A model generated the notes under the pieces. The model was not told the DNA's origin and made no database searches. It worked only from the letters and a program-made list of their open reading frames with translations. Both the position numbers and the translations under genes were made by a program. Source: a virus (lineage: Duplodnaviria; Caudoviricetes). Taken from it: 57,461 bases of DNA. The stretch lies in IMG/VR virus record IMGVR_UViG_3300012038_000017, positions 1-57,461 of that record. One strand, written 5' to 3'. Shown here in pieces: positions 9,186 to 17,400 of this stretch (positions are counted from its first letter, which is position 1; every line of letters begins with the position of its first letter).

Positions 9186-9665
9186 CTAAATACCAGTTTC
9201 AAATAGATACTGTTGCAATCTGCAAAGGTCACGGACAAACTTATCCGCACTAATCTGGAATCTTGTCACATGTTGGTCCCAATATTTGTCGCATTCCTTC
9301 ACTTTGTGAAAGTAACAATACGCATCATTCACGCCACCTGTACGCAATGCGTCGATTGCGTAAATTCGATCAAGTAACTTTGGATATTTGTTTCCAAGTT
9401 CAGATAGATCAAGAATCTTATGGCCTGCCGGATAGGTTTCTGGATGGTAGAACATCTGGCAAAACTCTAATTCAATTCCTTCTTGCAAAAGACATGCTCC
9501 AGCTAAACACCCAGTACATTTATCTGCCGGATCATTGTCGTAATGAACAAGCCAATCGCCCATTGAAACTTTGAAGTTGGGATTCTTCAATTGCAATTCA
9601 AAATCTTCAATTGCAATTTGCAATAGTTCGTGCAACGTCGTTGCTTCCATTAATCGGTTATTCAT
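9186..9665 (-). CDS. hypothetical protein, paralog of 8703-9167
   Basis: Same shared motifs; GGAGG RBS before ATG 9665. Confidence 0.75.
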   Translation of the reverse strand: MNNRLMEATTLHELLQIAIEDFELQLKNPNFKVSMGDWLVHYDNDPADKCTGCLAGACLLQEGIELEFCQMFYHPETYPAGHKILDLSELGNKYPKLLDRIYAIDALRTGGVNDAYCYFHKVKECDKYWDQHVTRFQISADKFVRDLCRLQQYLFETGI

Positions 9666-9861
9666 CTCGACCAACCTCCAATACTACGATGAAATTATTC
9701 GGTCGCAACTTTAACACGCGAGTACGAACACGTTCGTACTCATCAACTGTCACTTGATTCCCGTTAATATAATAACGGTCAGGTGTGAATTGTTGAGACA
9801 TTCCACGGAATTCTTCAATGTAAAGACCACCGTTCTCGGCTGTGAATTCAATAATAAGCAT
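9658..9861 (-). CDS. hypothetical protein
   Basis: Tiled; TAATG coupling. Confidence 0.55.
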   Translation of the reverse strand: MLIIEFTAENGGLYIEEFRGMSQQFTPDRYYINGNQVTVDEYERVRTRVLKLRPNNFIVVLEVGRDE

Positions 9862-10082
9862 TACTTCCCTTTCAATTTAGCACTAAGCACTTTATCTAGT
9901 TCTTTCGCCGCGTCATTCCATTGCTTATACTGTTTTTGTTCCATTTTAGCTAAAGCGTTGTGTCTCTCCTTAAACTCAATATTCAATGAATTCGCCCATT
10001 GAAAAGATTTCTTTTTATGCCATGCTGCGCGTTCATAACAAAAATCACGTAGCCATAATAATGAACTCATTATTCGTCCCAA
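9861..10082 (-). CDS. hypothetical protein
   Basis: Tiled; start may be ATG 10070. Confidence 0.55.
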   Translation of the reverse strand: MGRIMSSLLWLRDFCYERAAWHKKKSFQWANSLNIEFKERHNALAKMEQKQYKQWNDAAKELDKVLSAKLKGK

Positions 10083-10534
10083 TCCTCCGCGTTAGCTTGT
10101 TTCACGGCACAAAGATAAAGGCAGCAGCGAGAAATCAAGTCGAGTTGTTGCCAATACTCTTTTACCGAATCAGGTATGTAGTTACGCCAGTCGTGACACT
10201 TATTTGGCTTACACCATTTCGTGTTAGAAAGTTCTATAGGATGAAACGACCCGTTGTTCTCGGTAAAGATTGACATAAGTAACGAATCAGGTATAGCGGG
10301 CTTGACCTCACTAAACGCTAATTCAATTACGCAAGTTATATCTTCACTATGGACGTGAAATATTCTCCCGCTTATATTGTGTTTGAATACTGGATTTAAG
10401 CCGATTGATGGATCAGATGAAAGGAATTGACACCCAAACCATTTAACTTTTCCATCAAATTCCTTTATTTGAACCAAATAAGACTTACTTGGATCAAATA
10501 CTTCAAACTCCGAACGATTAAAGACTTGTCGCAT
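10070..10534 (-). CDS. hypothetical protein
   Basis: AGGAG RBS; TAATG coupling. Confidence 0.6.
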   Translation of the reverse strand: MRQVFNRSEFEVFDPSKSYLVQIKEFDGKVKWFGCQFLSSDPSIGLNPVFKHNISGRIFHVHSEDITCVIELAFSEVKPAIPDSLLMSIFTENNGSFHPIELSNTKWCKPNKCHDWRNYIPDSVKEYWQQLDLISRCCLYLCAVKQANAEDWDE

Positions 10535-10932
10535 TATTGTTGACACTCCTGTGGCATTGGTCCATTATGCGATAACCAATTCTCGATCGCCTGCTTGTGA
10601 ATTGACAATGCTAATTGCGCAGCAATAGTTAATTCAATTGGAACAGCGATTCGGTATCGACCGGGTAACATATCATCACCAAATCGAACTGAACCTCTAG
10701 GACCACTTCCCATTGGATGAAGTTTCGTGTGATTCGTATGAAGTAATACGTGCGGAATAGAATTATTCCGTAGAACGCACGATAGCTCGCGCTGATGCTT
10801 CATTCCGTAATAGTCCCAAGGCGTTGTTGAAGATGAGGGAGTGTAATCATCAATTACACAATATCCAACTGGAACTTGTTCTTCAACATGGCGAATGCCG
10901 TGATCTTCGTAAATCTTTATTTCGATAGTCAT
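10534..10932 (-). CDS. hypothetical protein
   Basis: GGGAG RBS before ATG 10932. Confidence 0.6.
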   Translation of the reverse strand: MTIEIKIYEDHGIRHVEEQVPVGYCVIDDYTPSSSTTPWDYYGMKHQRELSCVLRNNSIPHVLLHTNHTKLHPMGSGPRGSVRFGDDMLPGRYRIAVPIELTIAAQLALSIHKQAIENWLSHNGPMPQECQQ

Positions 10933-10934
10933 TA

Positions 10935-11342
10935 CTACTCCCTTCCTGGTATACAAATCATATTACCACAATCTTGACATTGAACCGCATTTAGCAAATG
11001 TCTATACGGATCATAACGATACTTCCAACCACAATTACCACATTCGACTTCTGCGGTTTTGAAATCAGTTTTGAAATCAGGATATTCTTTAGTTGGAGTT
11101 TGCACACGCACAAACTTACCGTCGATCTTCTGATATAGTTCCCATTTCGCACCGTCGCCAGCATCTTGTGGGAAACCAACTGAAGCGCCTTTAACTAACT
11201 CACGAAGTAATTGTTCCGCGAGTATCTTATTATCCACAATATCATCGTCTGCTTCGACGAATGAACTTCCTGGTGGATAGTATATCAGGTATTGCCGATG
11301 TTCTACTTTGGGTTCACTCATTCCTTTATTCTCCATTATCAC
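10935..11342 (-). CDS. hypothetical protein with C-terminal Zn ribbon
   Basis: CGNC...CQDC. Confidence 0.6.
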   Translation of the reverse strand: MIMENKGMSEPKVEHRQYLIYYPPGSSFVEADDDIVDNKILAEQLLRELVKGASVGFPQDAGDGAKWELYQKIDGKFVRVQTPTKEYPDFKTDFKTAEVECGNCGWKYRYDPYRHLLNAVQCQDCGNMICIPGRE

Positions 11343-11548
11343 TCTCCATTATCGTAAGCATCATTTGACGCCTTCACGGTGAAGGTATCAATCTCATCTT
11401 CCGTCAACTCGAAATCATTCCCATATTCGTCTGTCGCATAAACAGTTTCAGGTCCGTACGGAATTCCGACAGATTCATCACCGTCGAAATCGGTACACGT
11501 AATTGTGACGTGCGTACCTCGAATGAATTCGTCATATTCAAGTTTCAT
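11339..11548 (-). CDS. small acidic hypothetical protein
   Basis: GGAG RBS; D/E rich. Confidence 0.6.
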   Translation of the reverse strand: MKLEYDEFIRGTHVTITCTDFDGDESVGIPYGPETVYATDEYGNDFELTEDEIDTFTVKASNDAYDNGE

Positions 11549-11560
11549 TTTTCATTCTCC

Positions 11561-11612
11561 ATAAGTAACTTCAGCCGCCACACCCGCAGGTGTAGCGTAG
11601 GGAATTACTCAT
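11561..11612 (-). ncRNA. intergenic hairpin family, copy 6 (subtype B)
   Basis: AUGAGUAAUU/AGUUACUUAU outer stem, internal loop containing GCUGA, upper stem CGCUACACC/GGUGUGGCG. Confidence 0.6.
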
Positions 11613-11614
11613 TC

Positions 11615-11767
11615 TTATTCGCAAACAAACCACGATTCAATTTCATTCCAAACATCTTCGTCGATGTTGCTTTTGAATTCTTCCAACTTTTGTTGCCACG
11701 TTGATAATTTGAGATTAATTACCTGCGTCAAAAGTTCATTCAGCTTTTCCCAATCTGCTTCTGTCAT
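11615..11767 (-). CDS. small protein, paralog of the N-terminus of 14013-14315
   Basis: MTEADWEKLNELLTQVI...W..K..E...ESWF aligns with MLTSREWDTFNSLLAKIV...W..K..E...ASWF. Confidence 0.65.
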   Translation of the reverse strand: MTEADWEKLNELLTQVINLKLSTWQQKLEEFKSNIDEDVWNEIESWFVCE

Positions 11768-11771
11768 CCTT

Positions 11772-11972
11772 TCATTCTCCTGTTCGATCACTTGGTTTAG
11801 AAACATCCGGCCACATGAAACCTTCTTTCGCAATTAACTCATCACGTTGCTTACGAAGTTTTTCGATTTCTTTTGCTGCCAAAAGAAACAACGCTTGATA
11901 ATTAGTTACAATACTTTCATTGTAACTTGCTTCAATTAGATCGTCGATGATGTCTATCTGATTATTCATCAT
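11772..11972 (-). CDS. hypothetical protein
   Basis: DIIDDL...AAKEIEKLR is a common small phage protein pattern; start moved to 11972. Confidence 0.55.
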   Translation of the reverse strand: MMNNQIDIIDDLIEASYNESIVTNYQALFLLAAKEIEKLRKQRDELIAKEGFMWPDVSKPSDRTGE

Positions 11973-12219
11973 CCCCACCAAAATCAAATGCACGCGAATC
12001 TTCGTTCTGATCGTCCCACGGAGTAGATTCCCAATTAACTCCGTGTCCCATCGTAATATCGAGTTGTTGATCGTCTGGAATTGGCGTCGGCAATCTGCAA
12101 ATTCGCAGAATAGAAACCGTACCACATTTTTCAACTTCTGCTTCGTCATTGGTGTGAAAGTAAATCACACCACGTTCTGAATCAATCTCAAGTTCGCCTT
12201 TAATTGTGCGCGTGCTCAT
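11962..12219 (-). CDS. hypothetical protein
   Basis: Tiled ORF. Confidence 0.55.
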   Translation of the reverse strand: MSTRTIKGELEIDSERGVIYFHTNDEAEVEKCGTVSILRICRLPTPIPDDQQLDITMGHGVNWESTPWDDQNEDSRAFDFGGDDE

Positions 12220-12220
12220 T

Positions 12221-12427
12221 TCATAATCCCAATGCTTCAAGTGGACGTTGAATCAAATAATGATTTGGACCACTAACCGAATCTACGATATAGTCGTCCA
12301 AATTAAATAATTCTTTGCGTTGTTCATCCGAGGTGCAATACACAAAATTGTACTTACAACCGTTGATCGGATTAATTGCAGATTCGAGTGTAATATCCCA
12401 TTTCAGTAGCCACTCATTCAGCGTCAT
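12221..12427 (-). CDS. hypothetical protein
   Basis: GGAGG RBS before ATG 12427. Confidence 0.55.
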   Translation of the reverse strand: MTLNEWLLKWDITLESAINPINGCKYNFVYCTSDEQRKELFNLDDYIVDSVSGPNHYLIQRPLEALGL

Positions 12428-12632
12428 TCGGTTCCTCCTTAATATCATCAATATGAATCAATTTCATCTCACCATCTTGTGCAACGACGGTGTACCAATA
12501 AAGCATTTCTTTCGCTCTGTCACGAAATAAAAGTCTTGCTTGGCGCTTCGCAAAAGGAATTGTGACTCCTAATTCTTTTGCTACACGTTCAATGTCGTCA
12601 ATTGACGGATAGAAGTCAAATTTGATAATCAT
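12414..12632 (-). CDS. hypothetical protein
   Basis: GAGG RBS; ATGA overlap. Confidence 0.55.
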   Translation of the reverse strand: MIIKFDFYPSIDDIERVAKELGVTIPFAKRQARLLFRDRAKEMLYWYTVVAQDGEMKLIHIDDIKEEPNDAE

Positions 12633-12829
12633 TCAAGTTCAACCTCAATAAATGAACCAGTTCTACCTGATTGTGGACCCCAATCTAAGTCCTCATCAAT
12701 CTCCATTCCAGTTTTTCTATCAAAAGTCCAACTTCCACAAATAATAACTGTAGAAGTTAAATCAGTTATAACTAACTTCATTGATGCTGTACCACCAATA
12801 TACCGTTTTACAGTGTCACCTATTTTCAT
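12629..12829 (-). CDS. hypothetical protein (MKIGDTV, SH3/KOW-like)
   Basis: Tiled ORF. Confidence 0.55.
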   Translation of the reverse strand: MKIGDTVKRYIGGTASMKLVITDLTSTVIICGSWTFDRKTGMEIDEDLDWGPQSGRTGSFIEVELE

Positions 12830-12831
12830 AA

Positions 12832-13248
12832 TTAACAACCCATCCTTCTTTCCGAATCTCTCATTCGTTCGTATTCACGTTGTTCTTCTTCAGCAGCAAT
12901 TACTCTTGAATCGTCAGTAACAGCAACAACACGAAGTCCGCCGCAGTTATAACAACATACATCGTAACGGCCACTACAATAATCCTCTGCAAATTCTGGA
13001 TCATTATTGAATTCCTCAGCGCTAATTCCACCGGCATCGATAGAAGGGTTAACATGTTTTCCTTTACCATCACAAGTTGGACAAACTTCCCACGTGAACG
13101 GAGTTTCAAATTCAGTTTCATTGCCTTCATCATCTTCAGCAATGATAGTTGCAACCATTCGCTTTTGATCCAATGCTCTGTACCACTTCTTGTGCGAACT
13201 AGCGCGCACACGATAGTCGGAATAATAGTTTCGATCTTCGCTATTCAT
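12832..13248 (-). CDS. DnaJ-type CxxCxGxG zinc-finger protein
   Basis: CPTCDGKG...CYNCGG. Confidence 0.65.
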   Translation of the reverse strand: MNSEDRNYYSDYRVRASSHKKWYRALDQKRMVATIIAEDDEGNETEFETPFTWEVCPTCDGKGKHVNPSIDAGGISAEEFNNDPEFAEDYCSGRYDVCCYNCGGLRVVAVTDDSRVIAAEEEQREYERMRDSERRMGC

Positions 13249-13460
13249 TATTTATCTCCAATCACAAAATGAGAAGCATCACAATCTTTGATATAGTCGT
13301 GCATTTGTTGCCGATAGAAATACGTTCCATCTAACAAGATACCGGAAGTGACAATTCCATTTGCATTCGCGCTAACAGCTTTCAATCGTACTCCATGCTT
13401 CGGCCATTGTTCAAATGGTACGTCAATTAGTTTATCCAATTGTTTTAATCGAACACACAT
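13248..13460 (-). CDS. hypothetical protein
   Basis: GGAG RBS; tiled. Confidence 0.55.
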   Translation of the reverse strand: MCVRLKQLDKLIDVPFEQWPKHGVRLKAVSANANGIVTSGILLDGTYFYRQQMHDYIKDCDASHFVIGDK

Positions 13461-13482
13461 AACAATTACTCCGAGTTCTGAA

Positions 13483-13548
13483 AAGTAACTTCAGTCACCG
13501 GCGGAGCTGTATTAATTAAATACGGCCCGCCAGTGTAGGAAACTACTT
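13483..13548 (-). ncRNA. intergenic hairpin family, copy 5 (subtype B)
   Basis: AAGUAGUUUC/GAAGUUACUU outer stem, CUA/ACU internal loop, long upper stem. Confidence 0.65.
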
Positions 13549-14004
13549 CTTTTTCGCAGCAGCTTCTTTTGCTTTCTTTTTCGCTTCCTGCTTTTTCTTT
13601 TCTAATTGTTGCACTTTCTTTTTCGCACGCATGATATCCATTTCAATTGAGCGCTCTTCAACTGAATCACCTCTACTAATCATTTGCTCAATTGAAGCTT
13701 CGGCTTTCGCAACGTGTTGTTCGTGAAACCACTTCAACCACTTGAAATAATCAAGTGGATCAGCAAAAGCAGATGCGCTTAATTGTTTATGCCGTTCCAT
13801 GTTGAAACCTGGTGTTTCACATGATTGCAATTTACCGCTCGGAACCGAATATTCGATGCGAGGTAATTTGCTACTTTTCTTCTTCGGTGTTATTTCCTCT
13901 GGTTTAGTTTCCTCTGGTTTAGTTTCCTCTGGTTTAGTTTCTTCATTCACAGTTTCAGTCAATTGTTCAGAATTCATAATCATTCTATCCCTTTCGCTTT
14001 TCAA
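13543..14004 (-). CDS. charged protein, paralog of 21314-22030
   Basis: Shared IExxVPxGK..S.ETPGF...HKxL...FAxPxDxFxW..W.H block; Lys-rich tail. Confidence 0.75.
   Translation of the reverse strand: MKSERDRMIMNSEQLTETVNEETKPEETKPEETKPEEITPKKKSSKLPRIEYSVPSGKLQSCETPGFNMERHKQLSASAFADPLDYFKWLKWFHEQHVAKAEASIEQMISRGDSVEERSIEMDIMRAKKKVQQLEKKKQEAKKKAKEAAAKKK
13893..13941. repeat. 15-bp tandem repeat x3 (EETKP)
   Basis: TTTCCTCTGGTTTAG x3. Confidence 0.9.
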
Positions 14005-14012
14005 AATGTGAG

Positions 14013-14315
14013 TTATTCGTCATCTTCGTCATCAATTTCCGCGTCGATAGGAAGATCGTTATCTTCATCATCAATCTCATCCTCATAATCATCGTCGTCA
14101 TCGACGATTTCATCAACCTCATCATTTTCATATTCATCCTCATCTTCATCTTCATCAAATTTCCCAGAATCAGGAAACCAACTTGCGAATTCCTCCAAAT
14201 TCACTTCGTTGCAATGTTTTCGCACTTCCTGTGCTTTTTCATCCCAATCTGTCTCTGCGCGAACAATTTTCGCCAAAAGACTATTAAATGTATCCCATTC
14301 TCTCGAAGTCAACAT
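14013..14315 (-). CDS. protein with extremely acidic C-terminal half
   Basis: DEDEDEDEYENDEVDE... tail; start region AAAGGGTCTGCACTATG. Confidence 0.75.
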   Translation of the reverse strand: MLTSREWDTFNSLLAKIVRAETDWDEKAQEVRKHCNEVNLEEFASWFPDSGKFDEDEDEDEYENDEVDEIVDDDDDYEDEIDDEDNDLPIDAEIDDEDDE

Positions 14316-14336
14316 AGTGCAGACCCTTTCTAAAAG

Positions 14337-14660
14337 TTAGGAACGTGATGGAAACCGTGATGCTTTATCAAATATCTTTTCACGAACAATTGTGAAATCC
14401 GTTTCTGCGAGAATGAAATTCTTCATTTCACGCGGAATGAATTCGCCAAGATATTGTGTCCGTTCTTCCGTCTTATCATCCGAATAATCAACAGCAAACA
14501 ATTCGATCTTGTCGATAATAATTGACGGTGGCGGACAATCGGGATGCGGAATATCAATATGATATTCCGCTGCGAACGTCGCATGATAGAAACCGTTGTA
14601 TTTAGTAATACCGGCTCCACAATCAATGCGTTTGTCATAAATACTTACGGTCAATTGCAT
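14337..14660 (-). CDS. hypothetical protein
   Basis: Start moved to ATG 14660 (AAGG upstream). Confidence 0.6.
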   Translation of the reverse strand: MQLTVSIYDKRIDCGAGITKYNGFYHATFAAEYHIDIPHPDCPPPSIIIDKIELFAVDYSDDKTEERTQYLGEFIPREMKNFILAETDFTIVREKIFDKASRFPSRS

Positions 14661-14755
14661 GAATAATACCTTAATGCGGTGAAAAGATGTGCGAAGCAAA
14701 CAACCCAAACGAGCAATCCGAGGAATACAATTCCCCATAATGAAAATCGTTCCAT
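14651..14755 (-). CDS. 34-aa single-TM micropeptide (not in ORF track)
   Basis: GAAAGGA RBS; MERFSLWGIVFLGLLVWVVCFAHLFTALRYYSCN. Confidence 0.5.
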   Translation of the reverse strand: MERFSLWGIVFLGLLVWVVCFAHLFTALRYYSCN

Positions 14756-14783
14756 TTCTTTTATCCTTTCCTTCAATTAGAAA

Positions 14784-14831
14784 TAGTTACCTCAGTCTAC
14801 GGCGCGCCACCGCCGTAGTGTGAGAAAACTA
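14784..14831 (-). ncRNA. intergenic hairpin family, copy 4
   Basis: UAGUU.UCUCA-CA-[CUACGGCG/CGCCGUAG]-AC-UGAGG.AACUA. Confidence 0.7.
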
Positions 14832-16181
14832 CTCAACAACTTCTTCCATTAATGATGCAGCTAGATTAAACGCGTAATTCTGCAAATCACGCGTGAAATC
14901 GTCCGCACCAGTAAAGTAGTGCGCCAATTCTTCAAGGATAGTCGATGTGCAAGTTGCATTATCAACATTAATGCAAACTGCTTTGATCTTCTTATCGTAA
15001 TACCCACGAAGCGTTTCATTGTTGTTCGTGTTTTTCACGAATGAAATTATCTTCGGACATTCCTTTCCTTCAACACGACCACGTGCGCGAAGTGCACGAT
15101 AGATTTGAAATACTTTTTGTTCGGTTGCTTTCCGCAACTTCACAATAGTAACATTTTTGGTCAAATCAGAACCAACAATTGAATTGATTGTTGGCACACC
15201 GTAAGTTTGCATCTCTTGGAAAAAAGATGTTCCACCTACTGGCAATGTAATAACTGAGATATTCCGTTTCTCAGCAATTTGATTCAACCGCTTGTCAGAT
15301 GAAATGAGAGTCGCACCGGCAACTTGTTGCCAAAGCTTTGCCCATCTTGGATTTCCATTTAAGGAATAATATGGGACTTGCAATTCAAATATTTTCCTCT
15401 CATCACGAATTGCCTGAAAAACCGCGATTAACGCGGAATCATCACTTGAAAGAGATGTTGCAATATGTCGCATACAAATTGCATCATCCAAGTTGCGGCA
15501 TTCGTCAATCGGCAACTCTTTATCAAAGTTGTAATCGAATAGGGATTCTTCAAATCCATTCGATTTATTCGGCTGGAGTTGCCGAATAAAAACTCCTTTC
15601 CGATAAATACGCGGCGGAGATTTATCTCCTTTTGGAATGAACTTCAATTTTTCGAGCTGGCGGAAATGAAGAAATCGCGTTGCAATTGCAGAATGATATT
15701 CCCGAACGTGGTCGTTGTAAGGAATAAAAATACGCGTGTGTCCTGGAATTCCAGATGGCGACCAATCATATCCACCAATTTGGTATGGCGGATTATCAAT
15801 GGCATTGGAAACATATTCTCGCAATGCCATATCAAGATTGTTCCAATCAATTGCGCCAAACTCGAAACAATAACTGAGTTTGTGCTCTTGACCCTGCCAT
15901 CTGTACCAAACTTCACGATACATATGGCCATTATCAAGTTGTGCTTGACGAGAAAAGAATTCCAACTGTTCTTCACCGATGAAGATAATTGGATTGATTT
16001 CAGCGCGAAGGCATAAAAGAATTGCTTGTTTCACGCCTGAACCAAATTGGCCAATCTTATCATCGTTTCCACGTGATGTAGATAATCCCATCACGGTGAA
16101 ACATTCGACTGGCGAAACTCCTTCATTCTGAATTAGAAGCCATTTGGCTCCCGGTGAAGGTTTATCTGTCGTGTACTTCAT
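14829..16181 (-). CDS. GHKL-type ATPase (permuted motif order) with C-terminal zincin-like motif
   Basis: IQNEG, STSR...IGQFGSG, ALREYVSNAID, GHTRI; C-terminal LEELAH. Confidence 0.7.
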   Translation of the reverse strand: MKYTTDKPSPGAKWLLIQNEGVSPVECFTVMGLSTSRGNDDKIGQFGSGVKQAILLCLRAEINPIIFIGEEQLEFFSRQAQLDNGHMYREVWYRWQGQEHKLSYCFEFGAIDWNNLDMALREYVSNAIDNPPYQIGGYDWSPSGIPGHTRIFIPYNDHVREYHSAIATRFLHFRQLEKLKFIPKGDKSPPRIYRKGVFIRQLQPNKSNGFEESLFDYNFDKELPIDECRNLDDAICMRHIATSLSSDDSALIAVFQAIRDERKIFELQVPYYSLNGNPRWAKLWQQVAGATLISSDKRLNQIAEKRNISVITLPVGGTSFFQEMQTYGVPTINSIVGSDLTKNVTIVKLRKATEQKVFQIYRALRARGRVEGKECPKIISFVKNTNNNETLRGYYDKKIKAVCINVDNATCTSTILEELAHYFTGADDFTRDLQNYAFNLAASLMEEVVE

Positions 16182-16225
16182 TCTTTCAATCCTCTCTCAA
16201 TTAGAATACTGGGTTTTGAAATACT

Positions 16226-16284
16226 GCGAATTCGATTCGGTCACCGGCGGAATTTTCTCCGCCGGTGTGCGAAGCAAACTCAGC
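16226..16284 (-). ncRNA. intergenic hairpin family, copy 3
   Basis: GAGUUUG.C.UUCG-CA-[CACCGGCGGA/UCCGCCGGUG]-AC-CGAA.U.CGAAUUC. Confidence 0.75.
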
Positions 16285-16635
16285 TTATTTGGCCTGAAAT
16301 ACACTGAAGAATGCTTTGAATTCTTCACATGATTTAAATCCCGCGTTGGGATTTTCCTCAGTTAATAAATTCAAAGTTTGCTGCCATTCCTTCGTGTCGT
16401 TTTCTTCAATCGTGCGAACAATTTGATTCGCCCATTCAATTGCGTTGAACCAATTGTGCGTCAATAAAACTTGCACGATGAAGATCCATTCCGGTGAAAG
16501 ATCAGCTTGATATACGCCGCGCGTACAACTTTCAAGTAACGAGTTGGAATGCCCATATGCTGCGGCATATCCATCTTCACGGAATTCGGCAGCAATAAGA
16601 ATTGCTTGCGCTAAATCGTAACTTCTCATTTGCAT
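16285..16635 (-). CDS. hypothetical protein
   Basis: GAAAGGA RBS. Confidence 0.65.
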   Translation of the reverse strand: MQMRSYDLAQAILIAAEFREDGYAAAYGHSNSLLESCTRGVYQADLSPEWIFIVQVLLTHNWFNAIEWANQIVRTIEENDTKEWQQTLNLLTEENPNAGFKSCEEFKAFFSVFQAK

Positions 16636-16656
16636 TTATATCCTTTCGTATTGTGT

Positions 16657-16905
16657 TTAGGGGATTGGTCTGCATTCTGGCGGACAGTTTGCTAGTAATT
16701 GCTCCAGCATTGGATAACTTTCTGCTGGAATATCACCATGACAACAAATCATTCCAGCAACCATCTTTTCAAATTGGCAGAATTCCATCTGCAATGAAAA
16801 GATGTTGCCCGATTGATTATCAATCAATCGAACCCACAATTTGCCAGTATCAATGTCGTCGGCAATTACGCGATTGTCCTCGCACGTTAAATCGAAATGA
16901 AACAT
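16657..16905 (-). CDS. hypothetical protein
   Basis: Start moved to ATG 16905 (AAAGGA upstream). Confidence 0.55.
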   Translation of the reverse strand: MFHFDLTCEDNRVIADDIDTGKLWVRLIDNQSGNIFSLQMEFCQFEKMVAGMICCHGDIPAESYPMLEQLLANCPPECRPIP

Positions 16906-16921
16906 TATGTTGTTTGATCCT

Positions 16922-17308
16922 TTATAAGTGGTCGGGATTGTATTTGACACGCAATTCAGCAATTTCGTACTGATCGACACTTTCCTCATTTGTGCCGTGA
17001 AAATGAGTAATAGTAACCATCGCGAGAAATTCGTCGCGTTCACACCATGTTGTATTTTCCGGTGTGTAATCAATTCGGAATGTCGCATCGTTGCGCATTA
17101 GTTGTGTTCCATGCGTCACTTTAATTGACGCAATTGCAATTCGTAAAGCTTCATCGCGATTAATGAAACTTCCGAAGTGTGCGAGTGTTCGTCCCGATTC
17201 TTCATCACGTACTCGAACCGTATAATGATTCGCTGGCGGTGAAGTTGGATGAACCGATAATACTGGCTCGCCTGATTCCATTATTTTTACTTTCTTCTTT
17301 CTCCCCAT
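16922..17308 (-). CDS. hypothetical protein
   Basis: Start moved to ATG 17308 (GAAAGGA upstream). Confidence 0.6.
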   Translation of the reverse strand: MGRKKKVKIMESGEPVLSVHPTSPPANHYTVRVRDEESGRTLAHFGSFINRDEALRIAIASIKVTHGTQLMRNDATFRIDYTPENTTWCERDEFLAMVTITHFHGTNEESVDQYEIAELRVKYNPDHL

Positions 17309-17344
17309 TTTCTTTTCTATCCTTTCGTGCATGATAATAGGTTG

Positions 17345-17400
17345 CTAATTCGATTCAGTCTCGCGCCCGTGAATGCGGGCGCGAGTGTGAAGCAAACTAG
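17345..17400 (-). ncRNA. intergenic hairpin family, copy 2
   Basis: CUAGUUUG.C.UUCA-CA-[CUCGCGCCCG/CGGGCGCGAG]-AC-UGAA.U.CGAAUUAG. Confidence 0.75.

Noticed and set aside
16226-17400. Plus-strand reading of the hairpins (GTC-stem-GTGTGAAGCAAAC) resembles type I-C/I-G CRISPR repeats
   Set aside because: No array or spacers, stems differ between copies, and G-U pairs plus gene direction point to minus-strand RNA. A solitary-repeat anti-CRISPR role is not excluded but is unsupported.
13483-17400. Amber readthrough signalled by UAG-initiated hairpins
   Set aside because: Only three copies start with UAG, and readthrough of the helicase gene meets TGA within 14 codons.
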